Part shown: positions 53,178-64,000 of the stretch, one piece after another
Layout: each line of letters begins with the position of its first letter
Position numbering within the stretch: position 1 is the stretch's first letter
Assembly (NCBI GenBank): GCA_050273025.1
Contig: CP158635.1
Span: 29,450,001 to 29,514,000 of the forward strand
DNA from: Cenococcum geophilum
Lineage: Eukaryota
DNA: 64,000 nucleotides
Reading direction: 5' to 3'
Notes under the pieces: generated by a model
Told to the model about the DNA's origin: nothing
Seen by the model: the letters and a program-made list of their open reading frames with translations, nothing else
Databases searched by the model: none
Position numbers and translations under genes: made by a program

Positions 53178-54230
53178 AATAAGTAATAATATTAACTAAA
53201 TTAATTAGATAGATATTATACCTCTAGTAAATAACTTAGAGATGCTAAGAATCTTTAAGGATAAAGATAAAAAGGAGGGAGATAGTATTTCGGACGCTTT
53301 AAGTATAATATTATAACTACTTAAAGAGGAGTTAGAAGAAGCTAGTTAGTTAATAAAAGTATAGTTTAGTATAGAGCCGGTAGAACTATATAATAAGGAA
53401 TAGTAAGCGAGTTATATAAGGTTATACGCAGTATACGCAGTATATAAACGGGATATATGTATAACACGTATAACACATATATTACGTATAAGAAGGATTT
53501 TATAAAAGTACGGTTATATATTTAAGGACCCTTAGTCCCTACCTAGATAGTTCCTTCCTTATAGTAATTCTTAGAATATAATTAGAGTTAATCCATTAGG
53601 CAACTACTCTACCAGTTATTATTATGTTGTTAACTTCCTGCATTACCTACACACCCGGCCCATTGACGAATCCACCGTAGTTCCTACTATAAGGTTCCGT
53701 TATAGTTAAGCCTCTTATTAAGCAAGGGTATTTATAAAGGCCTATTGCAGGCCCTTTATTTATTTAATAAATATATTGTATAAGTTAGTTACAGATATAG
53801 GGGCTTTTAGGTTATTTAGTATATTAGGCGGGGCGAGGTAGTATAGGTTTAACGCAATGTAGTATTATAGAGTAAGTATAAGCGACGATAATATATAATA
53901 AGTAGATATTATTAAGCTACGTATATAGACTATATAATAAAGTTAAGACATTATATAAGGAAAGAAGGTAAGAAAACGGGAAGAAAGGGTATATATTATT
54001 AACTTAGTTGCTTAGTTAATACGTATACGGGGTAGAATAGGATTTAGGAAGTGGTTCTGGCAGAACTTGGTAGAATTTAGTAGACTTAGCAGAATATAGC
54101 AGAATATAGCAGATTGCCGTAGATTGCTATTAGATTACCGTTAGATTGTTATTTTATAGTTAGTCTCTAATTACTAAATTAGTAGAAACAGGTAAATGTG
54201 TGTAAGGTATTATAGGGGTGTCCTATAACA

Positions 54231-55458
54231 TATAAGCATATATAATTTATCTATAAGGAAATATCTTTTTATTACTATATTGTTGCAACCTTTTATATAT
54301 CGTTCCTTAAATCTAGTAAAGATTTTAAAATCTTTCTCTTATTCTAGTTCAGTAAGCTATTTAGCTCTTAGTATACCTACTCTTAGCCTATTAGTAATTT
54401 TTCTTATAGGTTCCCTATCTCTTAGATAACCTAGCCCTCTTAGCTTTTAGTTCTACTTTTACTATATAAAGATTCTTTCTTTAAATTCTTATAAGCTTTA
54501 TCCTAGCTTGCGTTTAGCTAATAGATTCTTAAAGTCTTTATACTTCTTAATCGTGGTATTAACTTTTCGATCTTTAGGCTAAACACTACGTTTACCTAGA
54601 ATTATAGCAGACCTTATTTATTCTCCAAATTCTTAGTTCCCTAGAATCCTTAATCCTAAGCTTACTTCTTTCTTAAGTTATACTTCTGCCTTAGTCTAAT
54701 TAGGCTTTTAGGGTATTCTTATCTTATCTTAAGAGTCTTAAATCTTACTTATCTTGTCTTAAGAATCTTATGCCTTTAGGAAACTTCGTCCTATACTTAT
54801 TTGTATATCTTTAAACTAATCTACTACTCTTTCCTATTAGTTATTGTCCGTTATAGGTCCTTAAGCTGTCCTTATCCTATCCTTAGAATCTTAGATTTCT
54901 CTTATCTTATCTTAAGAATCTTAAGCCTATAGCCTTTTACCTTTATTAAGTAGTAAGCTAGTACTAGCAGTTATCTACTTGCTTAATTATTTTTAGATAT
55001 TACTTTTTCCGACTTATAAAGCGATAGATGCCGTATCTAATAGTGTTATAATACCCGTTACTAAGCCTTACTCTATAATGGTCTTAGTCTCTACTTCTTT
55101 TACATTATTAAGGTTTAGGTACCCCTAGTTAGTCTCTTTTTTTCCCTTATTACTATTAATTAATAAGTACTTTAACTCTATTATTATTGTTACTAATCTT
55201 TATTTCTATATTTCTATAATATTTTAATCTAGCTTATAGAGTTAATTTTATTCTTTATCTAACTCTCTAGTTCCTTTAAGTCTTCTTAACTTTAGCTCTT
55301 GCGGCTAATAGCCTACGCTATACTTAGTATCTTTATAAATTTAGTATGCGTTATTATAATAAAACGCAAAACTTTTAATTAAATATTCTTTTGTTTCTTA
55401 TAGTATACTATTATCCCTCTATATATATATATTAGCTACTAGTCTAGTTCCCTTTATT
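54231..55458 (-). mobile_element. G1-family gag-extension fragment, host of G5 and LINE copy 2
   Basis: Reverse complement of ~47225-48550. Confidence 0.88.
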
Positions 55459-58400
55459 AATAATAATTCATTGCTTAATGTCCGATTTAGATCCCTATTG
55501 GGCCTACGCGGACTATTCCTTATTTATATATAGGGAGAAAACTCTATTTAAGAAAAATGAGAAAACCCCGTGATTTATCTCCCCGCCTTTTAGGACTCGC
55601 CTACTTAGCGCCTGTGAGTTGCCTATAGTGCTCTACTATCTTACTGTTTAACCTCCTTAGGAACTACTACTGCCGTAATAAGCCTATGGACGCGCTAGTA
55701 TTATAAACTATTACTCTACTACTATAGAGTTACCAGGGGGCACCTGCTGCTTGCCCCCTTACCTTTTATTACTATTTCCCTTGTAACCCGGAACTAATTT
55801 AGTATATTTTAACTAATAAGCCACTGGGTAACCGCCTTAAGGCCTTTTTATGTTAAGAGTAGTGTATTATAGTTCTCTATGCTAGCTGCTAAGAGTATTG
55901 TTTCTTAATTGGTGCGTAGGGGGCATAGCAGTATTATGTGTTTTAGTGTCTGTCTTAGTCAGCTATATTTGCATCTTAGGCTACCTATTAGGATACCTAC
56001 CCAGTAAAGCTAATCTTTTAGTCCTATTATTCCTATTCTTAAGAGTATTGCTATTATGTTTTCTGCCTTTATTAGGCCTTCTTAGAGCCTTAGGTATTTA
56101 CCCCCTATGGCGTTAACTATGCTATGGCTTGGGTTTGTCTTGCCTAAGTTAGCCTCTATACCTTTAACTCCTATTCGCCTCTCTAGCGTTGGTCCAACTA
56201 GTATTATATTATAGTAGATGGTTTCCTGGCGTTCTTGCGTATTTTACTTTAGCTTCTTTTTTTGTCTTACTATTATCTTTACTAACCTCTTATATGTCTC
56301 CCTTTCTTTTTTATATAGGCCTGGGCCCTAAAGCGGCACTATTCTTCTTCTGCTTTCTTTACCTGTTTCTCTAATATCTCTTCCCTACTTTAGGGTTATT
56401 GGTTTATTCTCCTATAGGGCACCCTAGGGTCCCTCTATAGTTTACTTAGGTGTGTCTTAATATACTTTATAATATTAGAGTTGTGTTTATTTTACGTCCT
56501 TTATATTGTAGCGGCTTTAATATATAACTATAGGGGGGGAATATTAGATTCCTTCTCAAGTAGTACTATGGCCGTTCGCTTATACCCGCCTATAATACTC
56601 TAAAGGCAGGCTGTCTGGACCTTTTAAAGTGGTTTAAGGAGTAATTTAGGGGGGCCCTTTTTAGTTTCTCTAATGGCCCAAATACTAGATCTATATATTA
56701 TGGTTAGCTGAATAACTACTATATATAGTAGGTGTGACCTCTAGAAGTATAGACCCTATATGGAATTAATAATCCTAGATAGAGCGATAAACTGTGCTTA
56801 GCCTTTATAGGCCGCTTGCGCCGTATATACGCTCCACCAGAGCTTACTGTCTACCTATACTCCTAGCACCCTTAAGCCTTAAACTGGTTAACCCCTAAAG
56901 CCTTAGATATAAATTATATGCTAGAGGTTTATAGATTAGTTGCGTTTTCTTATAAAGTAGATTAGCTGGTATTTCTCTAGTAAGAATTAGACTCTGTGTC
57001 GTCTTACCTATTCTATATAGGTATTATAGGCTTTTTCTAGTGTTCTGCGATTCTCTGCGGCTATTAACCCGTATATAATTAGGTTTATATTATTAATAAA
57101 GCCTATTCCCTAAATCGCCCCTTCCTTAAAGGTATCGGGTAGGTTGCTTATAAAGAAGAGAAAGAGTATAGGCAAGAGAGGTAATCTTTATAGTATTCCT
57201 ATTATAACTATAATAGGGGGGCTCTAGTATCCGCTAAAGACCAGTAATATTTCTTTTTGGCCTATAAACCCTTAAACAAATTATATAATCTATTCTAGGA
57301 AGCCCTTTGCCCTAAGGATATATAGGGGGCGTTTATAGGGTACGTTGTTATAGGCGCCACTAATATTTAGGCTAAGCATTAATACTATAAAGTCCCTTCA
57401 CATCGCCCATGCAGATTTAATAGTGGTAGTAAGTAGCGTAAGTGCTAATAGAGTTAAGCGGTTCTTTCTTGCCCCTATTTAGCTTTGTGGTAGTAGGGCG
57501 TATTCCTTAACCGTGTCTGCTATATAGTCTACTATTACCCTTTCTAAGATCTTACTAAGGGTGTTTTTTAAGGCAATAGGGCGGTAGCTTTCTGGGGTTA
57601 AGTAGTCTACTTTACCTTTTTTTCGTAGAATAACCGTCGTTATAGCTCTTCTAAGTCGTGGGTAGTAGCCTATTATAAAGTATACTCTAGCTATATCTGC
57701 AAGCTAAGGTGCTATAAGCAGGCCATAAGTCTTTAGGGCCTTATTTAGGATTCCATTTAGTCCTAGTGCTATATTATTTAAAAGGCGGCTAATAGTTCTG
57801 GCTATTTCTTCTATTATTATATCGCTGTTAACCTATAGGCGAGTTACTAGTGCTTTACTAGTAATATTACTAAGGTCTACTAGTGCCGGTTAGGGGAAGA
57901 ACCTTTTTATTAGGATCTTTACCTTCTTATCGTTATTATTAGTGACCTATATTTCCCCTGCTCTTTATAAGGGCAGTAGGTATAAATCTTCTACTAGGCG
58001 TCCTACCTTTTTCTTTACCTATTTTGCTATGGCTTAAAGGCCCTTATTATAGGGGAGACTTAGGTTAAAAGTATACTCGTTTATAAACTATCTCCAGTTA
58101 TTCCTTGCTTTTTTCTTTAGGGTATTCTTTAACTGGTTTCTTATATCTTTATATTGTCTCTCGTCTTTAGGGTTATAGCTACTTATATATTTCCTTCTTA
58201 CTTATTATTAGCTAGTAATAAAAACCGCGCATTATATAGACTATATATATCGCGTATAGGGGCCTGGTTTTAAGACTGGGCAGTGCTCTTTTAGCCCGTT
58301 TTTAATTATAGCCTAAATCCTTTCTAGTCTTTGGTTAATTTCCTTGGGGGTAGCTAGTAAGCCTTACTTGATTAGTATTAGATGGATTTCTTCTAGGTTT

Positions 58401-59195
58401 TAAAGATATTATTTAACTATAATAAGAAAACTATCTATCTTAAGCTTCCTTATTACGTATCTTTTACTATTTAGTTATGCCTTAATATCTTAATCTAGCT
58501 ATATCTAGATAGGGATATAGTCTAGGGCGAGTGCCTATTCTTCTTTGGGGGTATACCTTTTAAGTCTCTAGTATAGGCCTTCGTCCATTAATGTGAGGTT
58601 AATTATACTTTTAGCGGTGCCTTATTGCCATATAATTGCTCCTAAGGGGGTAGCTAGCTTAAGACCCCAGATGTCTATAGCTTTTAGTAGGTACTCTACC
58701 TATTATTTAGCGGTAACGTGAATACCCCCCTACCGCGGGTGGTAGAGGTTTATATCTCCTAATAGGATAGATTCCGTGCCTTTATTTTCTAGTAAGCTTA
58801 TTACCAATATAATATTCTCTATTTATAGTACCCCTATTATCAGGAAATTTTTTTTTAGGGTCGTTGTTGCGGTTTGCCGCAAATTGCCGTAAACTATACA
58901 ATCGCGGCAGACGTATATAGTTAATAGCAATTTGCGTAAAACGCACGTTTTATAATAAAATCGCAGCACCTAATAGCAAATTGCGGTAAAACGCTACCTT
59001 ATAAATAAATAGCGCGCAAACTATACAAATTGTAACTATATAAATTATAATTATATTACATAATAACCAAATTATTATATATTCCTATAGATTTCTATAA
59101 TATACTTTTAAATATATTTATATTATAACTATATAAAATGTAGAGCTATCTACTTTGGGCGTTAAGGGGGAAGCCTCTTACAGAGGCTCTAAATT

Positions 59196-59345
59196 ATCTA
59201 CTTACCTACCTACCTGCCTGCCTGCCTACCTGCCTACCTGCCTACCTACCTACCTACCTACCTACCTGTTTGTCTGTCTGTCTATCTATCTATCTATCTA
59301 TACCTACCCATCTATGCTTACCTATTTATGCCTACCTGTCTATGT
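59196..59345. repeat. (ACCT/GCCT/ATCT)n microsatellite
   Basis: Directly visible. Confidence 0.92.
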
Positions 59346-59409
59346 CACCTTGATTTAATTGATCGATTAAATTGTTTATTATGTTCGCTAGCTAGTCGTT
59401 TAAACGGTT

Positions 59410-59912
59410 GTCGTGTGGCTCTAGCGACGGTTATATGGCGATGACGACGGTTATCTGGCTCCGGCGACGGTTGTCTGGCTCTGACGACGGTCGTCTAGCT
59501 CTGGCGATAGTTGTCTGGCTCTAACGGTCATCTGGCTCTAACGGTCGTCTAGCTCTGGCGACGGTTATCTAGCTCCGGCGACGGTCGTCCAGCTCTAACG
59601 ACGGTCGTCTAGCTCTGACGACGGTCGTCTAGCTCTGGCGACGGTTATCTGGCTCCGGCGACGGTCGTCCAGCTCTGACGACGGTCGTCCAGCTCTGGCG
59701 ACGGTTATCTGGCTCCGGCGACGGTTGTCTAGCTCTGGCGACGGTCGTCTAGCTCTGACGACGGTCGTCTAGCTCTGGCGACGGTCATCTGGCTCCGGCG
59801 ACGGTCGTCTAGCTCTGACGACGGTCGTCCAGCTCTGGCGATGGTCATCTGGCTCCGGCGACGGTCGTCTAGCTCTGACGACGGTTGTCTAGCTCCGGCG
59901 ACGGTCGTCTAC
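59410..59912 (-). repeat. 20-bp minisatellite, expanded relative to copy 1
   Basis: agctctggcgacggtcgtct units. Confidence 0.95.
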
Positions 59913-60074
59913 TAGCTGTTATTCTAGTGTCTTCCTAGGTAGGGAGAATATAAGAAAGGGTAAAAAATAAGGTGGCTACCTAGGTATATATAGGGGTATA
60001 CTTAGTAGAGATATATATAGAGGCTATTAGGAATATAGCGGGGACCCAATAGTAGTATATCGCGCGCATATATA

Positions 60075-61010
60075 AAGGCTTTATATAGAGCTTCGTATAG
60101 AGCCTTCGTACGCAGAGCTTCGCGCAGAGCCTTGTGCAGAGCCTCTATATATAGAGCTTCGTGTAAAGCTTTATATAGAGCTTTATATAGAGCTTCGTAT
60201 AGAGCTTTATATAGAGCTTTGTATAGAGCCTTATATAGAGCCTTAATACGCAGAGCTTTATATAGAGCCCGTAGAGCCTTATATAAAGCTTTATATAGAG
60301 CTTCGTATAGAGCCTTATATAGAGCTTTGTATAGAGCTTTATATAGAGCCTTATGCAGAGCCTTTATATATAGAGCTTTATATAGAGCCTCGTGTAGAGC
60401 CTCGTGTAAAGCTTTGTATAGAGCTTTATATAGAGCTTTATATAAAGCTTTATGCAGAGTTTTATACAGAGCTTTATATAGAGCCTTATGCAGAGCTTTT
60501 ATATATAGAGCTTTATATAGAGCCTTGTATAGAGCCTTATGCAAAGCTTTATATAGAGCTTTATATAGAGCTTCGTGTAAAGCTTCGTATAGAGCTTTAT
60601 ATAAAGCCTTATGCAGAGCCTTTATACGCAGAGCTTTATATAGAGCCTTATGTAGAGCCTCGTATAGAGCTTTATATAAAGCTTTATATAAAGCTTTGTA
60701 TAGAGCTTTATATAAAGCTTCGTGCAGAGCTTCGTGTAGAGCTTTATATAGAGCTTTATATAGAGCTTCGTGCAGAGCCTTATATAGAGCCTTTATACGC
60801 AAAGCTTCGTATAGAGCCTCGTGTGGAGCCTTATGTAAAGCTTCGTATAGAGCTTTATATAGAGCTTTATGCAGAGCTTTATATAGAGCTTTATACAAAG
60901 CTTTATATAGAGCTTCGTGCAAAGCTTCGTGTAAAGCTTCGTGTAAAGCTTCGTATAGAGCTTCGTGTAAAGCTTTGTATAGAGCTTCGTGCGGAGCTTC
61001 GTGCAGAGCT
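60075..61010 (-). repeat. 12-bp minisatellite, expanded and heavily RIPped
   Basis: agagctttatat / agagcttcgtgc units; source of ORFs 60002..61060 and 60132..61043. Confidence 0.95.
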
Positions 61011-62647
61011 GGCTTAAGTCGCGATTTTAGCAATTTACGGTAATTTGCAGCAATTCGCACAGGCTACTTATAAGAAGCTGCGTATTTATAGCAATTTGCG
61101 GTAATTTACAGCAATTCGCACAGGCTACTTATAAGTAGCTGCGTATTTATAGCAATTTGCATAGGCTACTTATAAATAGCTGCGTGTTTATAGCAAATTG
61201 CTGCGGATTGCCGCAAATCGCGACTTACGCAGGTTTTGCAGACCCGATTTTCGCTTACAACAACGTGCATAAAAAAAATTTCCTAATAATAACCCTAGGG
61301 TTATAGATATTAATAATTTATACCGGTCCCCTATATATTTAGATTATTATAACTACATTATCTAGGTTAACTGCCTGCTGTAACTATAACGATAGGCTAA
61401 TGGCCTTACTAATTATAAAGTACACGTATATAGCTGCTTTTGGTTTATATAGGAGCTAAAATTCTTAGGGGCAGTATATTAATTATATATAGGTGTTATA
61501 ATACGGCTCTTATATAGTAAGGATATAGTATTTCTCTAGGTCTAAACTGTCTAGTAGGGGCCTTATAAAACGGTGGTTTGTATTGCCGCAGTTATATTAT
61601 ATAATGGATAGGTAGCGGACCCCCAACGGGGGTCCTTCGCCTTTTCTTCGTTCCTTACTTCTTCTATTTCTACTTTCTCTGGAATATTTAGAACTTCTAT
61701 CTCTTATATCTACTCCCTAGTTGCTACTTATTTTATATAGAGCTTTCCATTCTTATATCTTATATTCCTACTAGCCCTTTTAAATCTAAATCTGTTATTA
61801 TCTCCGGTTTTTCCCCAACTCTTAGTCGGCTATATAGCCTTTATAGGCTAGCTGCGTATATTATATTTACCGCGTTAAGTCTAATTTTTAATTATCCTGG
61901 CCTTAAGCTTACTATAGCTGTCCATAGGGGTCTTCCTACTAGGTATCCTCTCCCTTATGCCCCCTATAACCCTTATATTCCTATTTAGTCTAGTAATATT
62001 ACGCGACGCCGCTTCTAGCCCATTAAGGCTTAGGATGGCTAGCTTAGCCCCTTAGTATTAAAGGTAGGGAACGCTAGAAAGGTACCTACGTCCCCCTAGC
62101 TTATTGCCTATTATTTCTATTTATATAACCTAGCGTATAGTTATTTCCATAGCTGTTAAGCCCTTACCTTCCGTCTCCTATATTTAATGCAGTCTTCTCT
62201 CTCCCACGCCTTATATATGCTTTAGTAGCAGTTTACGCATTTTATTTAGTTTTGGTTTATATAGTGTCTTATATTATAGGGGCCTGCATAGTGGCCGCAG
62301 CACATCTATACTACGTATATAGATTAGGTGTACTCCTATTATACACAGCAATAGTATTATTTTAGGCGTAGTTTATAGTTATAGAGTCTTATATTATATA
62401 TAAGGCCGTTTATAATTATTCCTTTTTAGATAAGGAGTTTTTATATTCCTAGTATATATACACTAACGATAAGGGAGCTATACGTTTATCTAACGTCTCC
62501 CTAGTAAGTCTCTAGCAACCTTTATATCCTCTTATTATTCTTATTATATGCTTAGTTTATATTTTCCTATTAGAGCTATTAGATTTAGGTAATCACCAGT
62601 CCTAATATAAAGCATTCCGTTTATTTTACTATTTTCTATATAGTTAC

Positions 62648-63086
62648 TGTTACGAACGCTTTAAGTACAATGTTACAACTACTTAGAGAAGAGTCGGAAG
62701 AAGCTAGTTAGTTAATAAGAGCATGGTCTAGTATAGAGCCGGTGGAACTATATAATGAAGAATAGTAAGCGAGTTATATAATGTTATATATAGTATACGT
62801 AGTATATAAACGGGATGTATATATAACGCGTATAACACGTACCTTATATATAAGGACAGTTTCTTAGGAGTATAGATATATATTTAAAGGATCGCAGTTC
62901 TAACCTAGATAGTTCCTTTCCTTATAGTAATTCTTAGAATATAATTAGAGTTAATCTATTAGGTAACTACTCTACTAGTTATTATTATGTTGTTAACTTC
63001 CTATATTACCTATACACCTAGCCTATTAATAAGTCTACCGTAGTTCTTGCTATAAGGCTCCATTATATAATTACTACTACGGTTAC
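62648..63086 (+). mobile_element. G1-family 5' LTR (62648-63067) plus start of internal region
   Basis: Homologous to the other G1 LTRs and followed by taattactact, like caattactact after the 5' LTR at 45857. Confidence 0.85.
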
Positions 63087-64000
63087 TATTAGCGACTCAG
63101 TTAATCGAGACATAAGTACGGCAAAATGGTCGCGTAAGCCTATACAATTGGATTGTCTATAAACGAGAATCTAAAGCTAAAGAAAGGAAAGGAGAAGAAG
63201 GGGAGCGCCGCTTGAAGCTATATACGATCTTCGCGTTACATAACCGCAATATGCAGTAATCTGTGGCAACTTGCCGGTGTGTAGTTCTACCAAGTTCTGC
63301 CAGTGCTATAACATTACCCCCCCCTCTAAAAAAGCCTACCTTTAGGCTTTGCCGCTAAAAGTCTTAGCAAGAGAATCTAACCAATTAAATAACTTTAACC
63401 GCCGGTTAAAGTTCCTAGATATCTTAACACCTTACGTGACTAAGAAATTTCTAGGGTATTTTTGTCCTTATATTCTTCTAATAGCTTATCGTCTTCGTTA
63501 TACTAGCATTCTATCCACTTATCTAGGTACTTTAGCGGTCCGGGTTTATTAAGGTAACGGCTATAAAACTCTTAAAGCTTATAGGGGCTACCTATAAAGT
63601 TCTATATAGGGTACTAAGTAGGGTCTAGGTTATATCCTTTCTAACTAATATAATACTTTAACGTTCCCTTTATAAGTTTATAGGCTAGTATTTCTTTAAT
63701 TTCTTATTTATTATTGTCGTTAACTTAAATTGGCAGGGGAGGTTCATTCTTTTATCCGGGCAGTAGGTTATTTATAGCTTTCCGTAGCTTGTCTAGTAAG
63801 AAGATAGGGTAGACTTTAATTAAGTCTAAAAGCTTAACCTTATACGAGTTACCTACTTTATTAAGAATCCTATACGGTCCTGCCATCTTATAGTCTAGCT
63901 TACGGCTAGGCCGTTCTATCTTCTAGTTCTTTATTATAACCTAGACCATATCGCCTATAGTAAAGTCAGGCTCGCGCCTATACTTATTTACCTACTATTC
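63087..64000 (-). mobile_element. G2-related gypsy family G6: 3' LTR (~63087-63313), PPT, chromodomain and integrase C-term; continues beyond the window
   Basis: gctataaca|ttacccccccctct LTR-PPT junction; 63440-64000 parallels G2 ~7635-8180, but the LTR is different. Left LTR boundary is approximate. Confidence 0.85.

Larger units (their letters stand above)
45438..53704 (+). mobile_element. Ty3/gypsy chromovirus G1, full length (8.27 kb including an inserted solo LTR)
   Basis: 419-bp LTRs 45438-45856 and 53286-53704; TSD gttaa (45433-45437 / 53705-53709); gag CCHC ~47160-47205; protease ALVDSGA ~49300; RT YLDD ~50268; integrase; chromodomain ~52410-52550. Confidence 0.96.
45029..54230 (-). 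mobile_element. Ty3/gypsy family G5, 5' LTR plus gag N-terminus, interrupted by full-length G1
   Basis: Minus-strand gag motif ERLPDPPAYSGKRSELRSFL.QLKNKL..N.DRYPT (~45075-45250); probable LTR ~53863-54230 with tattatag...ctataaca termini. No partner LTR in the window. Confidence 0.75.
58838..61288 (-). mobile_element. Non-autonomous CATCAGG-TIR element, copy 2
   Basis: TIRs tatcaggaaattttttttt...aaaaaaaatttcctaata; comparison with the intact LINE (~10868-10890) fits a 2-bp 'at' TSD; same repeat modules as copy 1, no MITE. Confidence 0.87.
55459..62647 (-). mobile_element. Tad1-like LINE copy 2 (ORF2 plus ORF1 C-terminal part), interrupted by the TIR element and cut by a G1 LTR
   Basis: Reverse complement of 10560-14253 with an (ATT)n tail; extra upstream region 61611-62647 has Cys/His knuckle-like remnants (~62250-62420). 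Confidence 0.9.

Noticed and set aside
55898..56374. Hydrophobic ORFs (also 13590..13772 and 11539..11775)
   Set aside because: Antisense readings of purine-rich LINE ORF2.
59410..59912. CRISPR-like appearance of the 20-bp array
   Set aside because: Head-to-tail repeats with no unique spacers, no cas genes, eukaryotic TE context.
62640..63075. Solo G1 LTR with a gttac/attac TSD
   Set aside because: The LTR ends at 63067 by alignment, and the next bases match the G1 PBS region, so it is a 5' LTR.

Overview
This is a gene-free, AT-rich 64-kb block from a filamentous ascomycete, made almost entirely of nested transposable elements degraded by RIP (pervasive CpA->TpA and TpG->TpA changes). It holds three Helitron copies (two fused head-to-tail), at least six Ty3/gypsy families (labelled G1-G6 here; chromodomains seen in G1, G2, G3 and G6), and one Ty1/copia element. 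It also holds two Tad1-like LINE copies, two copies of a non-autonomous CATCAGG-terminal TIR element full of tandem repeats, a fully palindromic Tc1/mariner-type MITE, and a solo LTR. I found no intact host gene; the ORF track is TE fragments or repeat artefacts. Most notable: (1) the G1 family carries an antisense, apparently intron-containing extra ORF for a Zn(II)2Cys6-like plus coiled-coil protein; (2) short cis modules are shared between unrelated LTR families; (3) the Helitrons have non-canonical termini and an exact inter-subfamily tandem junction. Coordinates were counted by eye. Boundaries with a TSD are precise; internal domain boundaries are approximate. Protein motifs are reconstructions that reverse RIP changes.
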